In this document: positions 1 to 10,976 of the stretch, piece after piece
How positions within the stretch are numbered: the stretch's first letter is position 1
Layout of the letters: each line of letters starts with the position of its first letter
Assembly: GCA_963665235.2 (NCBI GenBank)
Contig: CAXXLX010000001.1
Span: 1,952,001-2,016,000, forward strand
Direction: 5' to 3'
DNA from: Candidatus Poribacteria bacterium
Lineage (GTDB): Bacteria > Poribacteria > WGA-4E > WGA-3G
Length of the DNA: 64,000 nucleotides
Notes under the pieces: generated by a model
Told to the model about the DNA's origin: nothing
The model's database searches: none
Seen by the model: the letters and a program-made list of their open reading frames with translations, nothing else
Position numbers and translations under genes: made by a program

Positions 1-331
1 CGGGTGAGAAAGAAGGGTCCCAGTCATCCAAATTATCCGGTGGTGTGAGTTGGCGTATATTGCTGCCATCTGCATTCATAATGAAGATATGATTGATTAG
101 CAAATCGTTCGGGTTCACTTGTCTATAGAACACAATTTGTCTGCCATCCGGGGACCAACGAGGGGAACTTGGATTCAGCACGTCAGTTAGGAGTGTGAGG
201 TTGCTACCATCATCGTCCATGACGTAGATACCCCGAACGCCATCGAGCTCTGATTCAAACACGATTTTCGCACTCACACCGGTTGAAAAAAAGAGAAATA
301 TCAGGCAGAAACTTGCTATAAGTAGGCGCAT
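1..331 (-). CDS. Secreted TolB-like/PD40 beta-propeller protein (5' part only; runs off the window edge)
   Basis: Manual translation MRLLIASFCLIFLFFSTGVSAKIVFES...IYVMDDDGSNLTLLT...PRWSPDGRQIVF...IFIMNADGSNIRQLT...PSFSP; signal peptide; AAGGAG RBS upstream. Confidence 0.85.
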   Translation of the reverse strand, partial: MRLLIASFCLIFLFFSTGVSAKIVFESELDGVRGIYVMDDDGSNLTLLTDVLNPSSPRWSPDGRQIVFYRQVNPNDLLINHIFIMNADGSNIRQLTPPDNLDDWDPSFSP

Positions 332-384
332 GAGTAAACTCCTTTTTTTAACGTTGATAAATGATACAAAGTAGACTTAATGTG

Positions 385-414
385 ATTATAGCAGGGATCC
401 TGTTTTTGTGTCAA
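385..414 (-). promoter_or_regulatory. Sigma70-type promoter for the TolB-like gene
   Basis: TTGACA-18 bp-TATAAT on the minus strand, with TG upstream of the -10. Confidence 0.7.
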
Positions 415-707
415 CAAAAAACTTAGTGTTCAAAAAAATCACATTATTTTTAAAGATTGCTGAGAAAATTGGCGGTTTTTTGGTAAGATTAATCGCTGCG
501 CCAGCGGAAGAATTTATGTTTCAACGTCACATGTCACAAGCCTGTTCCTATCCCTATAAAGATTAAAAAATTGATTCGGTAATTTCCGGACCCTAGACAT
601 CTGCTCTAATGTTTCTCTTGTGTGCGATCTATTATCTTGACCTAAGTTGCCACCTATAAATTTTTAGACTTGGGAACGCCGTTTTTAGTCAAAAACTGCT
701 GATAATT

Positions 708-768
708 GTAGCGTGAACTTCCTAGTTCGCGCCCTTATGGAAGACCCAAACTAGGAAGTTTGTGCTAC
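708..768. repeat. Inverted pair of GTAG-type REP-like palindromes
   Basis: gtagcgtgaacttcctagttcg ... caaactaggaagtttgtgctac; same family as the 31-bp unit at 55.7 kb and the copies at about 40577 and 48348. Confidence 0.65.
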
Positions 769-796
769 TATGTGGCAACTTGCGTTATTATCTTGT

Positions 797-1004
797 TGTC
801 TGAATCACGGAAGGCGCGGAGAACACAGAGGACGCGGAAAGGGTTTATGTGTCTCGGACATTTCCTTTCGCGAGAGACGAGTCGGTAACAAAGGCTCTCT
901 TAATTCCGCGTTCTCCGCGAAAGGAACATCTCGCCTCTTGTGTGTCGCCTGTGACACAACAGGAGAGATGTTCCTTTCCTCTGTGATAATCCGCGATTCA
1001 GACA
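797..1004. repeat. MITE-like element with terminal inverted repeats and an internal hairpin
   Basis: Ends TGTCTGAATC / GATTCAGACA; internal stem aaaggaacatctc...gagatgttccttt (about 920-977); the right-end motif AATCCGCGATTC also occurs near 30340 and 63385, and a shorter CCGCGATTC near 48945. Confidence 0.6.
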
Positions 1005-1046
1005 GAAAAGAGAGCAGAAGGACCGAATTTAAAAACTAATCTTCAT

Positions 1047-1688
1047 TTAGGGAGACAACCGTTGCATTCGCCAATTGCCATCATCTGTTAGCGTCCAGCG
1101 GAGCCGGTCGTGGAGGCGGCTTGGGCATCCCTGCCAAAATTCAAAGGTCCGTGGTACAAGTCTATACCCTCCCCAATGTGGTGGACGCGGAATATTGTTA
1201 TCGGGATAGGTCTGTCGTGCCTGCTCAAAACGTGCGGTTAGGTGTTCTCTTCCCGCTATCACGATGCTTTGACGTTCTGTCCAGACTGCAAGCTTGCTGT
1301 CAGTAGGACGGTTCGCGAAATATGCATCCGATTCTTCGGCTGTCATCTTTTTTACTCTCCCAGCAATTCGCACCTGTCGGTCGAGTTCACGCCAGTAAAA
1401 CACAAGTACAGCATGCGGGTTCGCCGCCAATTCCCGCCCCTTTTGACTGTCATAATCTGTGTAGAAACAGAAACCGCTATCATCAAAACCCCTGAGGACA
1501 ACCATCCGAGCAGAGGGAATTCCAGCGGGGGTTGCGGTTGCCAAGGTCATTGCATCAGGCAGGTCGATGTCAGCATCTATTGCATCGGTAAACCACTTTT
1601 CGAATTGGTCAAACGGATTTTTAGTTACACTGTTTTCGGTCAATTCGGTAGGGTGTTGATATTCTCTGCGAAGTTTGTCGGTTTTCAT
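1047..1688 (-). CDS. pdxH: Pyridoxamine 5'-phosphate oxidase
   Basis: LRREY start, PSARMVVLRG, SQKGREL, RQVRIAG, PHWGGY, EFWQG..RLHDR motifs; start trimmed to the ATG at 1688. Confidence 0.95.
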   Translation of the reverse strand: MKTDKLRREYQHPTELTENSVTKNPFDQFEKWFTDAIDADIDLPDAMTLATATPAGIPSARMVVLRGFDDSGFCFYTDYDSQKGRELAANPHAVLVFYWRELDRQVRIAGRVKKMTAEESDAYFANRPTDSKLAVWTERQSIVIAGREHLTARFEQARQTYPDNNIPRPPHWGGYRLVPRTFEFWQGCPSRLHDRLRWTLTDDGNWRMQRLSP

Positions 1689-1689
1689 A

Positions 1690-3201
1690 TTATTTTTTCC
1701 AGAAATTGGTTGAAAAGAGGATAAGGACAGTATAGATTTCCAAACGGCCGAGTAGCATACAGAAGGACAGGATAAATTTGCCAGCGGTTGCGATGTGTGC
1801 ATAGTTATCAGTGGGCCCCACGCTGCCGAGTCCGGGACCGATATTGCCCATTGTTGCAATTGTGCATGCTGCTGCACTGACCAAATCTAATCCGAGGGCC
1901 GCCATAACACAGGTCACAATTGCAAAAATCCCGATAAAGAAGAAGAAGAAACCGAGAACGTTTGTAAGCACTTCGGGCGGCACGATTCTGTCGTTAACCC
2001 GAACGGGGAGGACCGCGTGTGGGAAGATAAGCCGTTTAATCTCCGCACCGCTCTGTTTGATAAGCAGTAAAAATCGGAGCTGCTTCATTCCGCCACCTGT
2101 AGAGCCCGCACATCCACCGTAGAACATGAGGGTCACTAGAATGAATTGTGATAGGTAGGGCCACTGTTCAAAATCGGTAGTGCCGTATCCTGTCGTTGTA
2201 ATGATAGAGAGGGCTTGGAACATGCTGTATCGTATAGAATCGGGGACAGAGTCATAAGGAATGCTTCCGTTAACCCCTTCAAATCTGATAGTGTTCCATC
2301 CGACGATAGTGACGCTTAAGAAGATGACGAAGCAGTAGAATCGGAATTCGGTATCTTGGATATGGCTTTTGAAATTGCCGAGGATGATTGCGCGGTAATG
2401 TAGGGCGAAATTGGTTCCCGCGATAAACATAAACACCATGATAACCGTCTCAATATAGACGCTATCGTAATGCCCGATGCTGGCGTTTTTGGTTGAAAAT
2501 CCGCCGGTTGCCATGGTCCCAAACGTGTGGCAGAGGGCATCAAAGAGTGTCATGTCACCGACCCAGAGAAGCACCGTTTCCAGGAACGAGAGTACGATAT
2601 AGACCCCCCAGAGCAGTTTAGCAGTTTGCGCGATGCGCGGTGTCAACCGCTCGGTTTGGGGGCCGGGGGCTTCGGCGCGAAACAGCTGCATACCGCCAAC
2701 CCCGAGCATCGGAAGAATTGCCACAGCAAGCACAACAATCCCCATGCCACCGAGCCAATGGCTGAAGCTGCGCCAAAATAGCATGGAATGTGAGAGACGC
2801 TCAATATCTGTCAACACAGTAGCCCCGGTTGTTGAGAAGCCGGACATAGATTCGAAATAGCAGAAGGAAAATTCTGTCCAGGGTGCCTGGCCAGCTGCAC
2901 CGAAAACATCTGCGAAGAGGTACGGAAACGCCCCAAAGAAAGCAACGGTCAACCATCCCAGGGCGACAATAGCGAAGCCTTCCCGTATACCGAGTTCAGG
3001 TTCGGATGGCCTAATAGTAAACCGGAGGATTAATCCGACACTTAGCGTCAAGATAGCCGCGTAAACGAACGCTAACAGGTCGTCTTTCGATTCGCCTCCA
3101 CTAAAAAAATAGTAGATAGCTACGCCCAGCGGTATTAGCATCGTGCCCGCAAGGCAAATTAATAGATTCCCGAGGGTGTGAAAAATCAGTTTACGGCTCA
3201 T
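1690..3201 (-). CDS. trkH: Trk K+ uptake membrane subunit
   Basis: FESMSGFSTTGAT, WLGGMGIVVL, GGCAGSTGGG, GNIGPG, MLLGRLE motifs. Confidence 0.95.
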   Translation of the reverse strand: MSRKLIFHTLGNLLICLAGTMLIPLGVAIYYFFSGGESKDDLLAFVYAAILTLSVGLILRFTIRPSEPELGIREGFAIVALGWLTVAFFGAFPYLFADVFGAAGQAPWTEFSFCYFESMSGFSTTGATVLTDIERLSHSMLFWRSFSHWLGGMGIVVLAVAILPMLGVGGMQLFRAEAPGPQTERLTPRIAQTAKLLWGVYIVLSFLETVLLWVGDMTLFDALCHTFGTMATGGFSTKNASIGHYDSVYIETVIMVFMFIAGTNFALHYRAIILGNFKSHIQDTEFRFYCFVIFLSVTIVGWNTIRFEGVNGSIPYDSVPDSIRYSMFQALSIITTTGYGTTDFEQWPYLSQFILVTLMFYGGCAGSTGGGMKQLRFLLLIKQSGAEIKRLIFPHAVLPVRVNDRIVPPEVLTNVLGFFFFFIGIFAIVTCVMAALGLDLVSAAACTIATMGNIGPGLGSVGPTDNYAHIATAGKFILSFCMLLGRLEIYTVLILFSTNFWKK

Positions 3202-3252
3202 AAATATTGACTTAGGATGTGTTGGGGTTTTAAACGGCTTCTACAGAAAACC

Positions 3253-4626
3253 TTAAACTCTCCGGGTGGCAAATAGGTCTTCAATAATCGGAATTGCGTC
3301 TGGCATACAGAAGACGATAACTCGGTCGGCTGGCTGTATGACGCTTTCCCCTGTCGGAATAATGAGTTTTTCGCGTCGAAGAATTGCGCCGATGAAAGCG
3401 TCCTCCGGGAATTTGTCTTTCAAAGTGGACAGCTCTTTGTGTGCGATTTTTGCGTTGACCCCCGCGACGATTTCAATGACTTCCGCATCGATACCGTGCA
3501 GGGAGGCAACAGAAACGATATTTCCGCGGCGGATCAGGCGCAAAATGTTGCTAACAACAGTCAAGTGTCGGCTGACTGCACCATCGAGGCGTGGGATTCG
3601 CGCGAGCAGCGGCAGATAACGCGGCTGTTGAATTAACGCGAGGACACGTTGCGCCCCGTTTTCCTTCGCTGTCATGCATGCCATAATATCGTTTTCGTCG
3701 TCGCCGGTTACGGAGACAAATCCATCTACCTCTTCAACCCCCGCCTCTTCTAACAATTGGAACTGAAGGTAATCGCCGAGAAGCACTGTAGTGCGTTTTA
3801 AGGTTTGCGACGCTAATTCCGCCAATTTTTGGTCCGACTCGATCAGTTTGACATCGGTATTATTTTCCTCAAGTGCACTGGCAAGCCCAATGCCGATGGG
3901 GCTTGCCCCGACGATAATGACGCGTTCCAGCTGCTCATTGAACATTATCCCCGATAGGCGTAACATCTGTTCTACAGACAGCGCACTGCCGATAGCATAG
4001 ACATCGTCCTCTTGTTGAAGAATATCTTTGCCGCGCGGAATAATAACCTCTTGCTGCCCCTGTCTTTTGATAGCAGCAAACCTGATGTCTGAAAGGACAC
4101 CTTGGGCATCCAATTCCGCGAGGGCTTTTCCGATAAAGGGGTTCGTCTGTTTCACCCGGAAGGCAACGAGTTGCACTCTTCCCTCTTCAAATTCAACGAT
4201 TTCTCTCGCTTCAGGTGTTTTTAGGAGCCGTGTGAATTCATTAACACATAGGTATTCCGGGTTCACTAGGAGGTCAATCCCAAAGTCGTTCGGTCTTAAT
4301 CCGCTCTCTTCGGAAAAATAGGCGGGATTTGAGACCCGTGCGATTTTAGTGTTGACCTTGTAGCGGTCCGCAATTTGACAGGCGAGCATGTTAATTTCAT
4401 CGCTGTTGGTCACAGCGATGAGCAATCCGGCATCTTCTATGCCTGCTGCCTTAAGCAGCGTCGGCGATGCCCCTGGCCCACAGAGGGTCTGCATATCTAA
4501 CTGTTCATTGACACGTTGGCAAGCTTCTTCAGATTCGTCAATTAACGCAACGTCGTGTTCTTCAGCAGTTAGCAGTTTGGCAGTATGAAATCCGACTTCG
4601 CCTGCCCCTATGATTATGGCTTTCAT
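3253..4626 (-). CDS. trkA: Trk K+ uptake NAD-binding subunit
   Basis: Two RCK (TrkA-N/TrkA-C) halves; IIIGAGEVG; adjacent to trkH. Confidence 0.95.
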   Translation of the reverse strand: MKAIIIGAGEVGFHTAKLLTAEEHDVALIDESEEACQRVNEQLDMQTLCGPGASPTLLKAAGIEDAGLLIAVTNSDEINMLACQIADRYKVNTKIARVSNPAYFSEESGLRPNDFGIDLLVNPEYLCVNEFTRLLKTPEAREIVEFEEGRVQLVAFRVKQTNPFIGKALAELDAQGVLSDIRFAAIKRQGQQEVIIPRGKDILQQEDDVYAIGSALSVEQMLRLSGIMFNEQLERVIIVGASPIGIGLASALEENNTDVKLIESDQKLAELASQTLKRTTVLLGDYLQFQLLEEAGVEEVDGFVSVTGDDENDIMACMTAKENGAQRVLALIQQPRYLPLLARIPRLDGAVSRHLTVVSNILRLIRRGNIVSVASLHGIDAEVIEIVAGVNAKIAHKELSTLKDKFPEDAFIGAILRREKLIIPTGESVIQPADRVIVFCMPDAIPIIEDLFATRRV

Positions 4627-4632
4627 TTGATA

Positions 4633-7600
4633 CTATTTCCTTATCAACATTTTTCGTGTTGCGGTGAAGTCTCCTGCCGAGAGTGTGTAGAAATAGATAC
4701 CGCTTGCGACGCGTTCACCTTGTGTATTTTTACCATCCCAATAGGCTGCGCGGTTCCTACTATGATACAGTCCTGCAGTTTGATGTCCCAATGTCAGTGT
4801 CCGCACCAAGACACCATTCACAGAATAGATGTGCAGTTTCACCGCCGCAGGTTCCACTAACTGATACGGTATCCACGTCTCTGGATTGAACGGGTTCGGG
4901 TAGTTTGCCAAGAGAGTCGTCTCTTTCGGCAGTAAAAGGGCAAGTAGCTGCTCCAGTACCGCAATGCCGCGCAGATAGACAGGAGCTGTGAATGCCATTT
5001 GTCGCGCCTCTATCAGGAGGCGTTGTAGTTCTGCTACAGTGATACCTTCAAGAATTTTCAATGAGTGTAAAGAGGGAGAAGCCGCACGTTTTCCAAAGGC
5101 AGCAGCAACTAACACCAGGTCCCGAATATTGACGACACCATCCCCATTAACATCTGCCTCATTTTGCCCTGTCTGCCCGAACTGAGAGGAGACTACCACC
5201 AAATCTTGGATATTCACCACACCATCGCCATTGACATCTTCAGCGGAACGCTCGGGTTTTCTTGTAGCAATAGCAGTGAAAGTAACCACTGACCTTGTTA
5301 TTGCGGTAGCAGTTGTGGTGACAGTGTGCTTGCCGAGGACACCTCCCAGCGTAAGAAGCGTCTGTGCCTTACCGGTCACATCGGTTGTGGTTTTTGTAGT
5401 ACTAAGCTGACCACCGCCTGCAGTGACAGCAAAGACGACAGACACGCCATGCATCGGCTTACCCTTTGTATCCACTGCTTCCACTATGAACGGGGCTGCC
5501 AAAACTGTCTCCGACGAGCCTTCCTGCATATCACCTGATATTTTCAGAAGTGCTCGATGCGCGCGATTGTCAAAGATGACCTCAGCTCCGTTTGCTTGCA
5601 TCGTGGGAATATGTGTGTTGATAGTGGTGTAACTTAGCGGGTTGCTCCAAAGATTCAGCCAAGTCAAGTTAGTCAACGCTGACAGCACAGATATATCTGA
5701 AATGTTGTTCTTAACAAGATATAGTGAATCCAGGTGTGTCAATCCTGATAGCGCAGATATATCTGAAATGTTGTTGCTCCCAAGATTCAGTGAACGCAGG
5801 TGTGTCAATCCTGATAGCGCAGATATATCTGAAATGTTGTTGCTATAAAGAAACAGCGTACGCAGGTGTGTTAATCCTGATAGCGCAGATATATCTGAAA
5901 TGTTGTTGCTCCCAAGATTCAGCGTACGCAGGTATGTCAATCCTGATAGCGTAGACATATCAATATGGGCCCCGTCAAGATTCAGCGAACGCAGGTGTGT
6001 TAATCCTGATAGCGCAGATACATCCGATACTGTATTGCTGTTGACATTTCCCTCGCCCTGAATATACTCAGCTCCAAGGTTTAATATTGCCAGATTGTGT
6101 GCATGTTCAAGTCCGGTGGGGTCTGTTACCTCGCTATTGGGAACATTAAGTGCAAACAGGTTTAACATAGAGTGGGTTGTGATATCGCCAATCTCTCGCT
6201 GCACAGCCGCCGCTAAGTGTTTGTCTGGGATTGATATGGTCTCGGGAGGCGGTATTATGGAAGTAATATCAATTGGAAATTCCGGAGACCAATCTATGTT
6301 TCCATGCACATCGATTGTACGCAGCCATAGAGACTTGTTTTGCAGTGTCAAATCAGTAGTGACGAATTCGAAGATGCCGGACGAGTTGCCGGATTTACAG
6401 CCCAACAATGATCCACGATAATTAATTTCTTCTGTCAAAAGTTGGACTTGATGGATTCTATTAGGGTCGGTTATTTCGAAGCGGAGCCGGATGGCGTTAG
6501 GAGGAGAAGCGAGACTCGGCGGGAGCATTTTAAATTTTGGAAATTCAACGTGTTCAAGGCTCCGAGCAGGGTTGAAAGCACGGTGGGCATCTAACCACTC
6601 GGCAGCACAGAAAGAATTAAGCATCCTATCTTCTGAATATCTCCATACCCGTTCAGCTTTGTTTCTATAATCATGCATCAACCCAAAGGCGTGACCGAGT
6701 TCATGTGCAGCAGCGCCAATAGAAGAGACAGTAACGAGTGCTCTACCTCCGAACGAGCCCCAGTTCTCGCCTCGACCTGCGATGGTACTACAAGTATCGC
6801 AGCCGCCACTGTCAAGATATTCACTACTCATCTCTATCACAGTAACATAGATATTTTTAGATGTATCAAACTGTTTACCAATTTCTTCCCAGATATTCCA
6901 TGTATTGGATAAATTACTATAATGTGCATCAGTGAACTGTCCAACAAAATGATGTACCACTGCATTACCCCTTGCATCCATCTCAAATTGGAAAGTTTTT
7001 CTGCCAAATCCGTGTGCTTCCATCTGGTTGGCGTATAACTGCTGCGCGTCTTTTATTATTCTATCCATCTTTTCATCAATGTTCGGCTGAGGTTCACGGT
7101 CCCTGGGGAGGAAGTAGATGAGCCGCACGACGGGCCGAATGCCTTGGGCGTGACCGGGTTGTGCTAAAAATTTTGTCCAGAAACTGATGGAGCTGGTGTA
7201 TTCACCTGTTTTAGTGCCATCCTTTGCTGCTATGATGACTCCATAATTGGTGAACGGGCTCAGGCCCGTTAGTGTAATACTCGTCGTTGTGGTCTCAGCC
7301 GAAGCGTAGCTCACCGGCCGCTGACTTCGGTCTCGGTAAAGCACCGCGTACTTGTCAATGTTGTCCCTCGGTGCTGTCCAGCTAATAGTGGCAGCGTCAC
7401 TTTTTAGATCAGTGACAGTCACATTGGTAGGTGGAGCAATCAGCGTTGTGGTTTTCATAAGACTTGACCAGAACCCGGAATCATTTGTAGCGTTTGCTCG
7501 GACCCGAACCTGATAGGTAGTTTCCGATGTCACTTCCATGATCGTCCAAGTGGTGTCTGTCCCTGTGTGGATGGCATCCGTGAAATCGGTTGTGCCTTTC

Positions 7601-8097
7601 ACCCGGTATTGGACATCATACCCTGTAATCGTTAGATTCGTGGTAGGAGCTGTCCAATTCATTCGAATATAGGTGGAACTTGCGTAAAGAGATAGATTGG
7701 TAGGTGCCGGTGGTACAGCTTTGGTCGTGACAGAAAATGTCTGTGTAGCGGTTAAATTACCGGGGTCAGTGGCTGTGACGGTAATTGTTGCGGTGCCTGC
7801 TGCCACGGGGGTAATCGTTACCGTGCTACCTGAGACACTGACGGTTGCAATAGCGGTATTTGAGGAGTAAGCCGTGTAAGATAAGGCATCGCCATCGGGT
7901 TCGCTGAAGTAAGGACTCAAGCTAACTGTGGCGGCGGTTCCCCCCAAATTCAAGGTTTGGTTAGGGATTGTCCGCACAGTCGTTGGCGCATTGTTTTGTG
8001 GCGGGTTGTTTTGTGCCTCGGCAATTCCTGATATGCAAACGGAAACTGCTAAGAGCAGGACTATAAATAGGTTTAAGGTTGTAAATCGGTGTAACAT
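4633..8097 (-). CDS. Secreted multidomain protein: Ig/cadherin-like, 2x FN3, metzincin-like motif, LRRs, Ig-like, dockerin-like, FlgD-Ig/secretion C-terminal domain
   Basis: Signal peptide; HELGHAFGLMH; 22-aa LRRs LxxLxLxxNNISDISALSGLT; DVNGDGVVNIQDLV x2; NYPNPFNPETWIPY...YWDGKN...SGIYFYTL. Confidence 0.85.
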   Translation of the reverse strand: MLHRFTTLNLFIVLLLAVSVCISGIAEAQNNPPQNNAPTTVRTIPNQTLNLGGTAATVSLSPYFSEPDGDALSYTAYSSNTAIATVSVSGSTVTITPVAAGTATITVTATDPGNLTATQTFSVTTKAVPPAPTNLSLYASSTYIRMNWTAPTTNLTITGYDVQYRVKGTTDFTDAIHTGTDTTWTIMEVTSETTYQVRVRANATNDSGFWSSLMKTTTLIAPPTNVTVTDLKSDAATISWTAPRDNIDKYAVLYRDRSQRPVSYASAETTTTSITLTGLSPFTNYGVIIAAKDGTKTGEYTSSISFWTKFLAQPGHAQGIRPVVRLIYFLPRDREPQPNIDEKMDRIIKDAQQLYANQMEAHGFGRKTFQFEMDARGNAVVHHFVGQFTDAHYSNLSNTWNIWEEIGKQFDTSKNIYVTVIEMSSEYLDSGGCDTCSTIAGRGENWGSFGGRALVTVSSIGAAAHELGHAFGLMHDYRNKAERVWRYSEDRMLNSFCAAEWLDAHRAFNPARSLEHVEFPKFKMLPPSLASPPNAIRLRFEITDPNRIHQVQLLTEEINYRGSLLGCKSGNSSGIFEFVTTDLTLQNKSLWLRTIDVHGNIDWSPEFPIDITSIIPPPETISIPDKHLAAAVQREIGDITTHSMLNLFALNVPNSEVTDPTGLEHAHNLAILNLGAEYIQGEGNVNSNTVSDVSALSGLTHLRSLNLDGAHIDMSTLSGLTYLRTLNLGSNNISDISALSGLTHLRTLFLYSNNISDISALSGLTHLRSLNLGSNNISDISALSGLTHLDSLYLVKNNISDISVLSALTNLTWLNLWSNPLSYTTINTHIPTMQANGAEVIFDNRAHRALLKISGDMQEGSSETVLAAPFIVEAVDTKGKPMHGVSVVFAVTAGGGQLSTTKTTTDVTGKAQTLLTLGGVLGKHTVTTTATAITRSVVTFTAIATRKPERSAEDVNGDGVVNIQDLVVVSSQFGQTGQNEADVNGDGVVNIRDLVLVAAAFGKRAASPSLHSLKILEGITVAELQRLLIEARQMAFTAPVYLRGIAVLEQLLALLLPKETTLLANYPNPFNPETWIPYQLVEPAAVKLHIYSVNGVLVRTLTLGHQTAGLYHSRNRAAYWDGKNTQGERVASGIYFYTLSAGDFTATRKMLIRK
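5640..6025 (-). repeat. Near-identical 66-bp tandem repeats encoding LRRs
   Basis: Repeated aatcctgatagcgcagatatatctgaaatgttgttg. Confidence 0.85.
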
Positions 8098-8108
8098 CTT
8101 TTTTCCCT

Positions 8109-10976
8109 TTAATAGTTATCCAATGGTGGACAGGCACATAAAAGGTTTCTATCCCCGTGTACCTCGTTAATGCGTGCAACCGGAGGCCAAAATTTTGTTT
8201 GACGCACCCACGGTTTTGGAAATACGGCTTTTTCTCGTGTATAGGCGTGGGGCCAGTCGGTTTGTGTGGCCATTTCCACAGTATGCGGTGCGTTTTTCAG
8301 CACGTTGTTTTGCCAATCCACGGCACCTGTCTCAATCTCGGCTATCTCTTCACGTATAGAGACAAGCGCGTTGCAGAAACGTTCTAATTCTGCCCTGGAT
8401 TCGCTTTCCGTAGGTTCAATCATCATTGTTCCGAGGACAGGCCAGGATATAGTCGGTGCATGGAAACCGTAGTCCATGAGCCGTTTCGCCACATCGGTTA
8501 CGTCTATATTTGCACTCTTCTTAAAACTACGGAGGTCGATGATGCATTCATGGGCTATCATCCCATTTTTGCCTGTATATAGGATAGCATAGTGAGGTGC
8601 CAGCCGCTTGGCAATATAGTTCGCGTTAAGAATAGCGACCTCTGTTGCGGCTTTAAGCCCTTCTGCACCCATCATTGCGATGTATGCCCAGGAGATAGGG
8701 AGAATCCCCGGACTCCCCCACGGTGCCGCGGATACGGGCCCAATTCCATTCACCCCGCCAGTGCTGACAATCGGATGTGTCGGTAAGAAATCGGTTAAAT
8801 GCGCCTTGACACCGATGGGGCCCATCCCTGGACCACCCCCACCGTGCGGAATACAGAATGTTTTGTGAAGATTCAGATGGCAGACATCCGCACCGAGGTC
8901 AGCAGGCTGGCTCAATCCGACAAGCGCATTGAGGTTCGCACCGTCCATGTAAACCTGTCCGCCGTAGTCATGAACGATGTTGCATATCTCGCGGATGTGT
9001 TCTTCAAACACGCCGTGTGTTGAAGGGTAGGTCACCATCATAGCGGCGAGCGTTTCGCGATAGGTTTCGGCTTTCTCGCGTAAGTCGTCAAGGGCGATAT
9101 TGCCTTCCGTGTCGCATGCTACAACAATCACTTCCATGCCTGCCATGACTGCGCTCGCAGGGTTTGTGCCGTGGGCGGATGTCGGAATTAAACAGACGTT
9201 GCGGTGTGCTTCGTTTCGACTTTGATGGTATTTACGGATAATTAGCAACCCCGCATATTCCCCTTGTGACCCCGCATTCGGTTGCAGTGAGATGCCGCTA
9301 TAGCCGGTTATTTTTGCTAACCACGTCTCTAATTGTTCAAATAACGTGTGATAACCCTGTGCTTGTTCACTTGGGACGAACGGGTGAAGACCGCTAAACG
9401 GTTCCCATGTGACCGGCACCATTTCTGCTGTTGCATTGAGTTTCATCGTGCAAGAGCCGAGCGGTATCATCGCGTTGACGAGGGAGAGGTCTTTCCTTTG
9501 AAGCCTGTGGATATACCTGAGCATCTCCGTTTCGGAATGATAACTATTGAAAACAGGATGAGTAAGGCACGGTGTTTTTCGCTGTAATGCTGCAGGAATT
9601 TCCACAGGCGATGCGTCATTGCTGCCAGTGGCATTTGCTGCAAAGAGTTGAATTAGCTCTTCAACATGGGCTGACGTGGTTGTTTCGTCAAGCGATATGC
9701 CGATGTGCGTTGCATCGATAGCGCGGAGGTTTATCTGTTTTCGCCGAGCAGCCGTCAGCAATTTTTCTACACCTTCTGAACCGACATCGACACAAAGTGT
9801 ATCAAAACAGGGGGCATCGCCTGTGTTATAGCCGAATCTCTCAAGTCCCGCACGTAGGGTGCAGGTAAGCGTCCGAACGCGTTCGGCAATCCTTTTAAGT
9901 CCTATAGGCCCGTGATAGACAGCATACATGCCCGCCATAACAGCGAGGAGCACTTGGGCGGTGCATATATTGCTTGTCGCTTTTTCACGTCGGATATGTT
10001 GTTCGCGTGTTTGGAGTGCCAATCGGATAGCAGGTTCACCGTTAACATCGTGGGAGACACCTGTGATGCGTCCGGGCATCTTCCGTTTCAGTTCTTCGCG
10101 TGTGGAGAGGAATGCCGCATGGGGGCCGCCATACCCAAGCGGAACCCCAAACCGTTGGGAGTTGCCGATGACGATGTCTGCACCAAATTCGCCTGGCGGT
10201 TTCAAGAGCATCAGTGCTAAAAGGTCTGTGGCAGTAATGAACAAGCCGCCAGCAGCGTATACCTGTTCAGCAAATTGACGATAATCGTAGATTGCGCCAT
10301 CTGTCGCTGGATATTGCACAATCGCGCCTAAGATAGGTTTATCAAAATGCGTTTTTCTGTGGTCTCCGATATGCAATTTAATGCCGAGAGGTTCGGCCCG
10401 GGTTTGTAAAACCGCAATTGTTTGCGGATGACAGGTTTCTGAAACGAAAAAGTTGTACCACTCCTTCTGCGTTGAATTTCCTATACACATTGTCATCGCT
10501 TCAGCGGCAGCTGTCCCCTCATCAAGCAGGGAGGCATTAGCAATAGGGAGGCCGGTTAAATCTATAACCATTGTTTGGAAATTTAGCAGTGCCTCTAAAC
10601 GTCCCTGTGAAATTTCGGCTTGATAGGGGGTGTATTGGGTATACCAACCCGGATTTTCAAGGATATTTCTTTGGATGACCGGCGGCACAAAGCAGTTATA
10701 ATACCCCATTCCGATATAGGACCGGTAAACTCGGTTTTGCGAAGCGAGCTGCTTTAATGCGTCAAGTGCTTCGGGCTCTGAAAGACCTTGTTGGCAGGCA
10801 GTTTTCTCATCAATATCCAAATTGAGCGGTGATGCTGAACGGATATCTGCGGGTACAACGTCCTCAATGAAATCTGCCATTGAATCGTAACCGAGTGTGT
10901 CCAGCATCTGTTCAATGTCTTTAGCACGGGGGCCGATATGTCGCGCTGCAAAGTTCAACTTTTCTGTTTCAAGCAT
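8109..10976 (-). CDS. gcvP: Glycine dehydrogenase (decarboxylating), single-chain P protein
   Basis: [34 protein letters not shown] (PLP lysine); start trimmed to MLETEK at 10976. Confidence 0.97.
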   Translation of the reverse strand: MLETEKLNFAARHIGPRAKDIEQMLDTLGYDSMADFIEDVVPADIRSASPLNLDIDEKTACQQGLSEPEALDALKQLASQNRVYRSYIGMGYYNCFVPPVIQRNILENPGWYTQYTPYQAEISQGRLEALLNFQTMVIDLTGLPIANASLLDEGTAAAEAMTMCIGNSTQKEWYNFFVSETCHPQTIAVLQTRAEPLGIKLHIGDHRKTHFDKPILGAIVQYPATDGAIYDYRQFAEQVYAAGGLFITATDLLALMLLKPPGEFGADIVIGNSQRFGVPLGYGGPHAAFLSTREELKRKMPGRITGVSHDVNGEPAIRLALQTREQHIRREKATSNICTAQVLLAVMAGMYAVYHGPIGLKRIAERVRTLTCTLRAGLERFGYNTGDAPCFDTLCVDVGSEGVEKLLTAARRKQINLRAIDATHIGISLDETTTSAHVEELIQLFAANATGSNDASPVEIPAALQRKTPCLTHPVFNSYHSETEMLRYIHRLQRKDLSLVNAMIPLGSCTMKLNATAEMVPVTWEPFSGLHPFVPSEQAQGYHTLFEQLETWLAKITGYSGISLQPNAGSQGEYAGLLIIRKYHQSRNEAHRNVCLIPTSAHGTNPASAVMAGMEVIVVACDTEGNIALDDLREKAETYRETLAAMMVTYPSTHGVFEEHIREICNIVHDYGGQVYMDGANLNALVGLSQPADLGADVCHLNLHKTFCIPHGGGGPGMGPIGVKAHLTDFLPTHPIVSTGGVNGIGPVSAAPWGSPGILPISWAYIAMMGAEGLKAATEVAILNANYIAKRLAPHYAILYTGKNGMIAHECIIDLRSFKKSANIDVTDVAKRLMDYGFHAPTISWPVLGTMMIEPTESESRAELERFCNALVSIREEIAEIETGAVDWQNNVLKNAPHTVEMATQTDWPHAYTREKAVFPKPWVRQTKFWPPVARINEVHGDRNLLCACPPLDNY

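Noticed and set aside
770-1039. Short ORFs in repeat-rich intergenic regions (also 30239-30493, 40472-40895, 48239-49058)
   Set aside because: They are translations of MITE/REP sequence with no RBS or recognisable motif.
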